Source of the DNA: Candidatus Daviesbacteria bacterium
Lineage (GTDB): Bacteria; Patescibacteriota; Microgenomatia; Daviesbacterales; UBA10151
Assembly: GCA_003519445.1 (NCBI GenBank)
Contig: DOWS01000046.1
Span: forward strand, 1 to 62,407
DNA: 62,407 nucleotides
Direction: 5' to 3'
Below are positions 6,641-15,731 of this stretch, piece by piece. Both the position numbers and the translations under genes were made by a program. How positions within the stretch are numbered: position 1 is the first letter of the stretch; every line of letters starts with the position of its first letter. The notes beneath the pieces were generated by a model, which saw only the letters and a program-made list of their open reading frames with translations, did not search any database and was not told the DNA's origin.

Positions 6641-9364
6641 TTGACCTTTATTGGTTAATAACTGCAGTAAGATTATTCCGTTTCTTTCTTCAATTCTTTT
6701 CTCTTCACCTTGTTCTTTAATTTCTATTCTGGTTAAATCCTTTTTAGGATTATATTTAGCTTTTAATTTTTCTTCCCCTTTTATTTTAATGGTTTGATCT
6801 AAATCTTCCAGTCTGCCTGTTTTTTTATCTAACTTAAATTTAACCTCAAATTTATTATCAGGCAGGTTAATTGTTGGCCCGTCATTATAACTGATAGATT
6901 TGATTTCCAGTTTTTCCTTGCGCTTCTTATCCTTTGGTTCAACCTGTAATTTGGTGGTATTGCCTGCCTCATCAGTAATTATTATCTCTCCGGGGGTAAT
7001 TTCCTGGCCGTTTATTTCCAGATTTTGAGTAGTTAAATTAAACTGAACCATTGCTTCGGGCGGAGTTTTATCAATTTTAATTTCCTGCTCTTTGGGATTT
7101 TCTTCATTGCCTGCTTTATCAATACTCCTGAATTTTAGTTTTGAAATTCCTTCTTGGGAAATAGTAAATGGTTGGGAGTAAACCTGGATAGTAACTCCAT
7201 TATCCAAGGTATATTCAGTTTTTTCTATGCCTGATTCATCAGTTGCATTAAAGGTTACTGTTACATCTGATTTAAACCAGTTGTTTAATCCTTGGGTTCC
7301 TGATAACTGGACAGTGGTAACAGGGGGAGTTTCATCGTAATTAGCATTGCCGGTTAAGATAATCGTGGGATTAATTGTTTGCTGGTCAATTTGTAAAATT
7401 GGAGGTTCGGTGGAGCTAGTATCCAATACAGTTTGACCTTGGGAGGTAGAAGATATGGGGATGTCATTATACAAAACAGTTTCTGAATTGACATCGTTTT
7501 CAAATTTTCTGATTTTAAAATCAAAACTGCCATTATCCATTGCTTCAAATTTAATGGTGTATTGGCCGCTGTCAGGCAGCCAGATAAACTTGGCATCATC
7601 TAAAGTGTCATAACTGGAACCCGGAATATTTGCTTCAAAATCTCCATTTGGTAATGGCCCGGTATGGTTATCGGACGAGTCATAAACATGGATGTTGATA
7701 GGCGAATGAACAGAAACTTGCGTGCCGTTAAATGAATATGGTTGGTTTGATACCCCATTAGGTATCTGGTTATTTCCAGCCAAAATATTTTTAACTAAAT
7801 TTAAAGCAGGCCCGTTACCGGGTAATTCTCCGTGTTTTTGGTTAACATAAAAAACCGAGGAGGAGCCAAAAGAAGAACTCAAAAGAGGGACAGTATCATC
7901 ACCATTAATTCTAAACTCGTCTTTTTCCGGGATTTTAACTCCGGCAAAATCTATTTTGTATTTTTCAATAATTTGGCCAAGAGTGGCCATGCCGGAGCCG
8001 ACAATATTGGTAACTTCCACTCCGTTGGTGTTGGTTAAATTATTATCCAGACCATGGAATGTTTCAGATGGAGTAAATAAAGAAGTATTGTGGCCTAAAT
8101 TGGTCAAAAGAGTTTTTAATTGGGCATAGTTTAGCGCTCCAGTTACGTCATTGTTATCAATGTCTCTTAAATCAGCAAAAGGAAAAGGATGTTGATTATC
8201 CTGACCTGAATAAAAATTAAAGTATGTTTGGCTTGGAGCGAGTTGATAACCGCTAACCATATTTTGAATGACATCTTTAACTTCCGATGGAGCGAATTTG
8301 ATTAATCCAAATAGTAATACGGGATCTAGTTGTATTCCGTAATGTAAAGCTTTCAGGAAGTATGGGCTTCCCAAATGGGGAGTGCCTAAAGTAAATAATT
8401 TTCTGACATTTTGGGCTTTTGTTGCATCTGCAATGTAATTTCGGGCCACCAAACCGCCCATGGAATGGGCTACTATATCTACTTTTTGTGAACCTGTTTG
8501 AGTTTTTATTTGAGAAATCTTTTGATCCAGCAAATCCTTGGTTAAACTTAAATCTTTTCTCCAGTCATAAGGAAAGACAAAGAAATCTTGGTTTAGGATA
8601 TAGCTACTCCCTGTAAAAAAGTTAATAGCTCCCTGATAAGCCCCTGCATATAAATTTCCGGTTAAACCTAAACTAGCCTCGGAATTTATGCCATCAATTT
8701 TCATTCTTAACACATCAAAATAATCATCATTGCCGGGATTTCCTGCTTCCCCTTCATTAACCCAGACTTTCTCATCTTTGGGATAAGCATGGTTAAAAGT
8801 CCCACCATGTCCATCATCTTTATTCCAAATTGTATCCGCCTCAACTTTAAGTTCCGATCCCCCAATCCCCGGGATTAAAATTAAAGGGGTTTTGGTGAAA
8901 GGAGGTGGATCAGGAGCATTAGTATTAACTAAGTAGAGAGACGAACTGCCAATATATACTCCGCAAATATCAAAAAGTTTAACTTGGACTTGATTAACGC
9001 CTGGTTTAAAAAGGGAGGTAACATTCTGAGGAGGTTTATGAGAAATGAAAGCGCAGCCATTATCATATCTGAATGTGATAGATGCGGAAGTGCCATCTGG
9101 CCTCTTAACAACCCAAACCAGAGCCGCATCGTCTACGCCTGTACTGCCTGTCCCATCGGGATTTCCACTAAAAATCATTTGTCCGCTTCGATAGTCAATG
9201 TTAAAATTAACAGTTAAAAATGTTGCTCCCGAGGTAGTTGATTGTCCGGGGATGCCTGTGGTGATAGTATAGGGTATAGTTGCTGCAACAGCTGATTGGG
9301 GCAAGATTACCGGAAACAGAAAGACGGCGGAGATTATTGCAAGAAGCTTTAAAATTCTGGGCAT
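6623..9364 (-). CDS. secreted alpha/beta-hydrolase lipase/acyltransferase (LCAT/PGAP1-like) with Ig-like and OmpL47-type beta domains
   Basis: It has the signal-like N-terminus MPRILKLLAIISAVFLFPVILPQSAVAA, so I prefer the ATG at 9364 over the tracker start at 9430. The PLILIPGIGGSEL motif and the nucleophile elbow VAHSMGGLVAR are present, followed by GTPHLGSP. The C-terminal stretch 'PPVTTVQLSGTQGLNNWFKSDVTVTFNATDESGIEKTEYTLDNG...FRSIDKAGNEE' is OmpL47/chitobiase-type. Confidence 0.8.
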   Translation of the reverse strand: MPRILKLLAIISAVFLFPVILPQSAVAATIPYTITTGIPGQSTTSGATFLTVNFNIDYRSGQMIFSGNPDGTGSTGVDDAALVWVVKRPDGTSASITFRYDNGCAFISHKPPQNVTSLFKPGVNQVQVKLFDICGVYIGSSSLYLVNTNAPDPPPFTKTPLILIPGIGGSELKVEADTIWNKDDGHGGTFNHAYPKDEKVWVNEGEAGNPGNDDYFDVLRMKIDGINSEASLGLTGNLYAGAYQGAINFFTGSSYILNQDFFVFPYDWRKDLSLTKDLLDQKISQIKTQTGSQKVDIVAHSMGGLVARNYIADATKAQNVRKLFTLGTPHLGSPYFLKALHYGIQLDPVLLFGLIKFAPSEVKDVIQNMVSGYQLAPSQTYFNFYSGQDNQHPFPFADLRDIDNNDVTGALNYAQLKTLLTNLGHNTSLFTPSETFHGLDNNLTNTNGVEVTNIVGSGMATLGQIIEKYKIDFAGVKIPEKDEFRINGDDTVPLLSSSFGSSSVFYVNQKHGELPGNGPALNLVKNILAGNNQIPNGVSNQPYSFNGTQVSVHSPINIHVYDSSDNHTGPLPNGDFEANIPGSSYDTLDDAKFIWLPDSGQYTIKFEAMDNGSFDFKIRKFENDVNSETVLYNDIPISSTSQGQTVLDTSSTEPPILQIDQQTINPTIILTGNANYDETPPVTTVQLSGTQGLNNWFKSDVTVTFNATDESGIEKTEYTLDNGVTIQVYSQPFTISQEGISKLKFRSIDKAGNEENPKEQEIKIDKTPPEAMVQFNLTTQNLEINGQEITPGEIIITDEAGNTTKLQVEPKDKKRKEKLEIKSISYNDGPTINLPDNKFEVKFKLDKKTGRLEDLDQTIKIKGEEKLKAKYNPKKDLTRIEIKEQGEEKRIEERNGIILLQLLTNKGQLETNF

Positions 9365-9439
9365 TGATTTAATGATAATCAGAATCTTTAATTTTAACAA
9401 GACATAACAAGCAATTGCCAGAATATGCATTGATATTGG

Positions 9440-9454
9440 TATAATTGTTAAATG
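9440..9454 (+). promoter_or_regulatory. TATAAT box 6 nt upstream of the ATG at 9452; possible leaderless start of the long glycan operon
   Basis: The sequence ggTATAATtgttaaATG has no SD in between. The -35 is only weak (TTGCCA with a 19-nt spacer). Confidence 0.3.
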
Positions 9455-10954
9455 AGGTTTATTTTTAAATATAAATGGGGGATAGTCGTTGGCCTGGCAA
9501 TTATTGCTTTATTTTTTTTACTCCGTTTGCCCAATTTAACTTTGCAGCCTATTTTTGCCGACGAGGCTATTTATATCCGCTGGGCCCAGGTGATGAGAGC
9601 CGAGCCAACCCTGCGGTTTCTACCTTTATCCGATGGTAAAACCCCTCTTTTTATGTGGGCTATGATGCCTTTTCTGAAAGTATTTGAAGATCCTTTATTT
9701 GCCGGCAGGTTTTTATCTGTGGTAAGTGGATTTGTTACGCTTTTGGGAGTGTTTATGCTGACAAGAAAAGTATTTAATTTAAAAGCTGCTTTTTGGGCAA
9801 GCTTACTTTACGCGATAGTTCCTTATACGGTTTTTTTTGACCGGATGGCTTTAGTTGATTCCATGCTTTCTGCTTTTACTGTTTGGGCCCTGTATTTTGC
9901 CCTGTGGCTTGCAAGATCCCAAAGATTGGATATTTCTATGATTTTAGGATTTATTCTTGGGGGAGCGTGGCTTACCAAAACTCCGGCTGTTTTAAACCTG
10001 TTGCTTTTACCCGTATCCATACTGGCCTTTAAAAAAACAAAAGTAGAAAAGCATGCTTTTTTAAAACTTTTTTTGTTTTGGGCAGTGGCTATATTTATAG
10101 CATTGGCTATGTATAACCTCTTGCGGTTGGGGCCTAACTTTCATTTGCTTTCTTCCAGAAATGCCGACTATGTTTTTTCACCTCTTGAACTTGTAGGTAG
10201 GCCTCTTGATCCTTTTATTCCTCATTTTCATGATATTTCCGACTGGTTTCCCAAACTTTTAACTCTACCAGTATTGATTTTTTTGATAGGCGGAATAATT
10301 GAGGTTTTTATGGAAAAGAATAGAAAAGGATTGGTAGTTTTGCTGTGGGCTTTGATACCGCTGTTTTTGGCAATGGTATTTCTCCGGACTTTTACTGCTA
10401 GATACTTACTTTCCTCCATACCATTGCTTTTAATTTTTGGGGGATATTGTATTGAAGGGATAATAAAGTATTTAAAAAAAACAAAGGCATTAAGCGGAAA
10501 TTCTTTTTTGATACCTGGAGGACTTTTCCTGCTTTTAATGTATCCCGCAACACAGTTTAATTATCAACTTTTGACAAATCCCCCGCCGACATTTTTGCCA
10601 CAGGAGGAGAGGCTAGGTTATTTTGAACAGTGGACAGCAGGTTATGGCTTCAAAGAAATTGCCCGGTTTCTGATTGAACAAAAAACAAAAGGCTTGGTGG
10701 TTGTTGGTACAGAAGGCTTTTTCGGCACATTGCCGGATGGGCTCTATATTTATCTTGATAAATCCAATATTTCAGTTGTTGGCAGCCATGCTACAATTTC
10801 CGCCCAAGTCAGAAATGCTGCCAAAGATCATTTAACTTTCTTTGTGGGGAATAAAAGCAACCTGAAAGGTTCTGTTTCAGGGGTAGAGTTGATCAAAGAA
10901 TATCCCAAGGTTGGCTCTGATGCCACTGTTTTGTACAAAGTAGTGCCACGGTAA
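9452..10954 (+). CDS. GT-C membrane glycosyltransferase, GT39/ArnT-like (PMT_2-type)
   Basis: 500 aa and polytopic. The acidic first-loop motif FADEAIYIRWAQ sits after TM1, with the usual ArnT-like helix pattern. Confidence 0.8.
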   Translation: MRFIFKYKWGIVVGLAIIALFFLLRLPNLTLQPIFADEAIYIRWAQVMRAEPTLRFLPLSDGKTPLFMWAMMPFLKVFEDPLFAGRFLSVVSGFVTLLGVFMLTRKVFNLKAAFWASLLYAIVPYTVFFDRMALVDSMLSAFTVWALYFALWLARSQRLDISMILGFILGGAWLTKTPAVLNLLLLPVSILAFKKTKVEKHAFLKLFLFWAVAIFIALAMYNLLRLGPNFHLLSSRNADYVFSPLELVGRPLDPFIPHFHDISDWFPKLLTLPVLIFLIGGIIEVFMEKNRKGLVVLLWALIPLFLAMVFLRTFTARYLLSSIPLLLIFGGYCIEGIIKYLKKTKALSGNSFLIPGGLFLLLMYPATQFNYQLLTNPPPTFLPQEERLGYFEQWTAGYGFKEIARFLIEQKTKGLVVVGTEGFFGTLPDGLYIYLDKSNISVVGSHATISAQVRNAAKDHLTFFVGNKSNLKGSVSGVELIKEYPKVGSDATVLYKVVPR

Positions 10955-10959
10955 TTAAG

Positions 10960-12597
10960 ATGAAAAAAACTCTTTTAATTTTATTTTTAATAACTTTGCC
11001 GTCTCTTATTTCTTTTTTTAACACCCAATTTTTTTACACCCAGGATTATATATTTATAGCCCGGCTGCAGCAGATGAGCAAAGCTTTATCTGATGGTTAT
11101 TTTCCTGTCCGCTGGGCAGGCGATCTCCGTTTTGGCGAACCCCTTTTTAATTTTTACGCCCCCCTCCCCTATTATCTGGGAGCTTTGATAAAACTTTTAG
11201 GTTTTAACTATATTTGGGTGGCAAAAATACTTTTTATTTTATCAAGCTTTTTATCTGCCGTAACAATGTATCTTTTGTGCCGGAAACTTTTTAATCAAAA
11301 ATCTGCATTTTTGGCAACTGCCCTTTACATATGGGCTCCTTATAGGGCAGTTGATCTTTATGTAAGAGGTGCCTTGTCCGAGGCTTTTGCTTTTGTCTTT
11401 TTCCCGCTGATTTTTTATGCCTCGCTGCTTTTATCCCAAAAAATCACTTTGAGAAGGATTTCTTTTCTTTCTATTTCCCTGGCAGGTTTATTCCTGACGC
11501 ATAATGTGACAACCTTAATCTTTTTACCATTTTTATTTTTATGGTGGTTGTATTTGTGGATAAAACAAAAAAACCGGAGATTAATTCTGCACTTTTGCTC
11601 CTCATTGGTATTAGGTTTGGGATTATCAGCAACTTTTCTTCTTCCGGCAGTTTTTGAAAGAGGGTTTATCCAGACAAAATATTTGCTGGTAGGATATTTT
11701 GATTTTAGGGCTCATTTTGTGGCATTTTACCAGTTTTTCTCAACATTCTGGGGGTACGGGTCATCGCTATGGGGGCCAATAGATGATATGTCGTTTCAAG
11801 TGGGCTTAGCCCATTGGGTAGCAATGCTGTTTGCTTTGGTTGTCGGGTTTATTAAACGAAGCGATAAAAAAATATTACTACTTACTTCGTTTTTGTTTTT
11901 CAGTTTCTTTTTCTCTATTTTTTTGCAGCATAACAAATCAGCCTTTTTATGGGAAGCGATTCCTTTAATGGCTTTTATCCAGTTTCCCTGGAGATTTCTG
12001 GCAATTTCAATTTTTATTGTTTCTTTGTTCGGTGCGGTAGCCCTAAATCATTTAAAATGGAAGCCTAACATTATTTTTTTTATTGCACTTGCTGCAGTAA
12101 TCCTAATTAATTTTAATTATTTTAAACCAAGGAACTTTGTAGAAGATTCTTTTTTTGCCAAGTTTTTAAATACGGACAGCACGCACCGGGGAGTGGATTT
12201 GACCAAAGATTATTTTCCAATCTGGGTAAAATTTGACAGGGTAGAATATTTTCCAACTCCAAGGGCAAATAGCGGAGAAATTGAAGTTTTAAGTTTTGAA
12301 CAAAAAACAGCCAAAGCAAAAGGGGAGATTAAGGTTTTATCAGACGCTTTGGTAGAAGTGCCTATTACTTATTTTCCCGGCTGGGAAGTTAAGGCGAATG
12401 GCCTAAATATAAAATTGCAAGAACCTTCTTTGCAGGGACTGATTACTTTTGAGCTTCCCAAGGGGGACAACAGGATAGATTTGGTATTAAAAGACACTCC
12501 TGTTAGAATAATAGGTAATATTTTAAGTTTAACAAGTGCCGCAGCGCTCCTTATTTTTTTAGGATATGCCAAATTTAAATATGCTAAATCTAATTAA
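10960..12597 (+). CDS. polytopic membrane protein of the 'PTPS-related'/COG5617 type (putative GT-C)
   Basis: 545 aa. The YTQDYIFIARLQQMSKALSDGYFPVRWAGDL..GEPLFNFYAPLPYYLGA loop is followed by many TM helices and a C-terminal beta domain. Confidence 0.7.
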   Translation: MKKTLLILFLITLPSLISFFNTQFFYTQDYIFIARLQQMSKALSDGYFPVRWAGDLRFGEPLFNFYAPLPYYLGALIKLLGFNYIWVAKILFILSSFLSAVTMYLLCRKLFNQKSAFLATALYIWAPYRAVDLYVRGALSEAFAFVFFPLIFYASLLLSQKITLRRISFLSISLAGLFLTHNVTTLIFLPFLFLWWLYLWIKQKNRRLILHFCSSLVLGLGLSATFLLPAVFERGFIQTKYLLVGYFDFRAHFVAFYQFFSTFWGYGSSLWGPIDDMSFQVGLAHWVAMLFALVVGFIKRSDKKILLLTSFLFFSFFFSIFLQHNKSAFLWEAIPLMAFIQFPWRFLAISIFIVSLFGAVALNHLKWKPNIIFFIALAAVILINFNYFKPRNFVEDSFFAKFLNTDSTHRGVDLTKDYFPIWVKFDRVEYFPTPRANSGEIEVLSFEQKTAKAKGEIKVLSDALVEVPITYFPGWEVKANGLNIKLQEPSLQGLITFELPKGDNRIDLVLKDTPVRIIGNILSLTSAAALLIFLGYAKFKYAKSN

Positions 12598-14281
12598 ATC
12601 CCATAAAGTATTTACTATTGGTTTGATATTAACCCTGTCTTTGTTTTGGCCGCTTTTTTGGGCCCCGTTTTTTTCACATCATGACGATGTTCAAATTATC
12701 AGGCTTTACGAGATGGACAAGTGTATCAAGGATGGGCAAATTCCTTGCCGATGGGTGCCTGATTTAGGCGGTTTGTACGGTTACCCTATTTTTAACTACT
12801 ACGCCCCTCTTCCATATTATGTTGGTGAAATTTTTTATTTGATGACAGGCAGCCTGATTTTTTCCGTTAAGATGATGTTTGTCTTGCCTTTTGTTGGTTC
12901 CTACATATTTATGTTTCTTTTGGCCAGAAAATTTTGGGGAAAACTAGGAGGAAGTCTATCGGCAATTTTCTATAGTTTTGCCCCATACCATGCGCTTGAT
13001 TTTTATGCGAGGGGAGCCATGGGGGAGATGTGGGCTTTAATGGTTTTTCCGGCTTTGCTGTGGAGTTTTGTCAGAATGGGGGAGAAAACCTGTATTATAA
13101 ATCTAACTGTTTCTTCTTTATTAACTGCTTTCCTGATCACTTCCCATAATCTCTCCGCCATGTTATTTCTTCCTATACTTTTAATCTGGATTTTCATTTT
13201 GATGTTAAAAGCAAAAACCAGGAAATTTTTTCTTTATAGCATTCTTGCTATTTTGTTGGGAGTTTGCATTTCTGCTTTTTATCTTTTTCCAATGATATTT
13301 GAGAAGAATTTGGTGCATGTTGATACAACAACTTATGGATATTTTTCTTACACGGAACATTTTAAAGGATTTTCTAAATTACTGGAGAGGTCTTGGGGAT
13401 ATGGATCTTCCATCAGGGAAGTGCCCGGGGGAGAAAGAGACGGGTTGTCTTACCAGATTGGCTGGGTTCATCTTTTGGGCTGGGCTATTGCAATATATGC
13501 AGCCGTAAGGCTATGGCGTCCAAAGCGCTGGTTAGCTGTAGCGATAATTTTTTCCTCAATTCTTATAGCTTTAAGTATGTATATGATTAATCCCCGGTCG
13601 GTGTTTATCTGGAAATTTGTTGAACCAATAAAATTTCTGCAGTTTCCCTGGAGATTTTTATTAATTGTGAGCTTTTTTATTTCTTTTATTTCAGGAAGCG
13701 CAGTTTTAGTTTTAAAAAACAAGAAAATTTTGATTGCCCTAATTGTTTTGGTTGTGGCATTAAATTTTCTCTATTTCAGGCCGGAAAAATTTATTAATGT
13801 TACGGAAAAAGAACTTTTGTCAGGGGAATATTGGGATAAGCAAATTAAAAGATCTATTTTTGATTATTTGCCTATTTTTGCCAAGGAACCCCCGGCAGAA
13901 CTTGCCAAAGAGAGGTATCAAATTTTAACAGGAGAAACAAAAATAATTGATCTTAAAGAAGGCACTAACTGGTTTAACTTTAAGGCAGAAACCACCACCC
14001 ATACCATCATCCGCCTTTCCCAATATTATTTCCCTGACTGGAGGATAAAAGTTGACGGCAAGGAAGTGCCAATAGAATACAAAGATAATACTTTGGGTTT
14101 AATGACAATTATTTTAGGGAAAGGGAGCCACCAGATAAGCGGAAGATTATATGATACTCCTGTGAGAGTTGTTTCCAATTTTATCACTACGGTGACTTTT
14201 ATAGTTTTGGCTGTTGTGTTCATGTTCCAGATTAAGAGGATTAAAAAATGGCTTTTATACTATAGAAAAAGAATAGATTAA
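12566..14281 (+). CDS. paralogue of 10960..12597 (PTPS-related/COG5617-type membrane protein)
   Basis: 571 aa. It shares HHDDVQIIRLYEMDKCIKDGQIPCRWVPDLGG..GYPIFNYYAPLPYYVGE, FLQFPWRFL and C-terminal YFPGW/YFPDW motifs with its neighbour. Confidence 0.7.
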   Translation: MPNLNMLNLIKSHKVFTIGLILTLSLFWPLFWAPFFSHHDDVQIIRLYEMDKCIKDGQIPCRWVPDLGGLYGYPIFNYYAPLPYYVGEIFYLMTGSLIFSVKMMFVLPFVGSYIFMFLLARKFWGKLGGSLSAIFYSFAPYHALDFYARGAMGEMWALMVFPALLWSFVRMGEKTCIINLTVSSLLTAFLITSHNLSAMLFLPILLIWIFILMLKAKTRKFFLYSILAILLGVCISAFYLFPMIFEKNLVHVDTTTYGYFSYTEHFKGFSKLLERSWGYGSSIREVPGGERDGLSYQIGWVHLLGWAIAIYAAVRLWRPKRWLAVAIIFSSILIALSMYMINPRSVFIWKFVEPIKFLQFPWRFLLIVSFFISFISGSAVLVLKNKKILIALIVLVVALNFLYFRPEKFINVTEKELLSGEYWDKQIKRSIFDYLPIFAKEPPAELAKERYQILTGETKIIDLKEGTNWFNFKAETTTHTIIRLSQYYFPDWRIKVDGKEVPIEYKDNTLGLMTIILGKGSHQISGRLYDTPVRVVSNFITTVTFIVLAVVFMFQIKRIKKWLLYYRKRID

Positions 14282-14285
14282 ATTT

Positions 14286-15731
14286 ATGGAAGATTTATCT
14301 GTAGAGTTGGTAAAAAACAGAGCTATTAAAGGAGCTGCAATACTGACTGTCAGAAATATCCTAATTCAGGCAGTATCTTTTTTTTCAATTGCTCTTTTAA
14401 CTTTTCTTTTAGAGCCGCAGGATTACGGCGTATTTTTTATAGTTTCCGCTGTTGTTAGTTTTTTGGCATATTTTGGCGATATAGGTTTTGCCGCCAGCTT
14501 GATACAAAAAAAAGAAAAATTGCAGGATATTGAACTGCGGACTATTTTTACCGCTCAACAAATACTGGTGTTTTCTCTTGTCAGTATAGTTTTTCTGCTT
14601 ACCCCGGTTATTAGAAATTTCTATCATTTTGACAATGGGGCAATATATCTTCTTTGGGCCCTTGCTTTTTCGCTTGTTCTTTCATCATTAAAAACTATAC
14701 CTACAGTATTGTTAGAGAGAAAACTGGAGTTTAATAAATACATTATTCCTCAAATCCTGGAAGTTTTAGTTTTTAATATTACTGCGGTATTTTTTGCCTG
14801 GAGGGGCTTTGGAGTTACAAGTTTTACAATAGCCGTCATCTTGCGGGGATTTGTAGGTTTGGTGTCAACTTATATAGTTTCACCGTGGATCCCGAGGTTT
14901 GCATTCTCTGCCTCCTCCTTTAAATCTTTGTTAAAGTTTGGAATTCCTTATCAAGCAAATACTTTTCTTGCAATGATCAAAGATGATGGCATGACGCTAT
15001 TCTTGGGTGGGACGCTGGGTTCATCCGGAATAGGGCTTTTGGGATGGGCTCAAAAATGGGCTTTTGCGCCTCTGCGTTTTTTTATGGATCAGGTTATCAA
15101 AGTTACTTTTCCTGCTTTTTCCCGTATGCAGGATAATAAAAAAGAGTTATCCAATGCCTTATCAAAATCAATTTTTTATATTTGTCTTTTGGTATTTCCG
15201 GCCCTTACTTTTTTGATACTGGTTGCTCCGTCTTTGGTGGAGGTAATTCCAAAGTATAGCAAATGGAGCCCGGCGCTTTTGGCGCTGTCGTTTCTCTCCA
15301 TTACTTCCGCCTTAGCCGCGGTAGCAACCCCTTTAACTAATGCCTTCAATGCAATTGGAAAAATATCAGTAACTTTTAAATTAATGATTATGTGGACTGT
15401 GCTCACTTGGCTTTTTGTGCCGTTTTTATCTTCTGTATTTGGAGTAAATGGCGCGGCAGCGGGTTTTGCCCTGGTAGGACTTAGTTCGGTGGTAGTGATG
15501 TTTGTTGCCTTAAAATATGTTGAGATAAATTATTTGAAAATTGTTGGAAAGCCATTGCTTGTTTCAGTAATTACAGGTGGGGTAGTGTTGGTAATAAGAT
15601 CTTCTTTGCAGGTTTCATGGCAACAGGTTGCTTTTATGTGCGCTGGTGGATTAGTAACATATTTTACAACTGTTCTTATCCTAGAACCCAAACTTTTAAT
15701 TTTTCTTAAAATAAAAAAAAGAAATGCTTAA
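14286..15731 (+). CDS. MOP-superfamily oligosaccharide flippase (Wzx-like)
   Basis: 481 aa with about 12-14 TM helices. The N-terminus KNRAIKGAAILTVRNILIQAVSF is typical of Polysacc_synt flippases. Confidence 0.85.
   Translation: MEDLSVELVKNRAIKGAAILTVRNILIQAVSFFSIALLTFLLEPQDYGVFFIVSAVVSFLAYFGDIGFAASLIQKKEKLQDIELRTIFTAQQILVFSLVSIVFLLTPVIRNFYHFDNGAIYLLWALAFSLVLSSLKTIPTVLLERKLEFNKYIIPQILEVLVFNITAVFFAWRGFGVTSFTIAVILRGFVGLVSTYIVSPWIPRFAFSASSFKSLLKFGIPYQANTFLAMIKDDGMTLFLGGTLGSSGIGLLGWAQKWAFAPLRFFMDQVIKVTFPAFSRMQDNKKELSNALSKSIFYICLLVFPALTFLILVAPSLVEVIPKYSKWSPALLALSFLSITSALAAVATPLTNAFNAIGKISVTFKLMIMWTVLTWLFVPFLSSVFGVNGAAAGFALVGLSSVVVMFVALKYVEINYLKIVGKPLLVSVITGGVVLVIRSSLQVSWQQVAFMCAGGLVTYFTTVLILEPKLLIFLKIKKRNA

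Noticed and set aside
9365-9430. N-terminal extensions proposed by the ORF tracker (lipase 9430; also kinase 49086, XRE 4649, 56545, 56617 minus strand, 40995)
   Set aside because: The extensions use TTG/GTG or upstream ATG codons. They run through a promoter (-35 at 4644-4649), a repeat element (49072-49085) or a divergent gene. Internal ATGs give canonical N-termini, namely a signal peptide, MAIEHLD.., MKKISN.. and MNKTIK.. .
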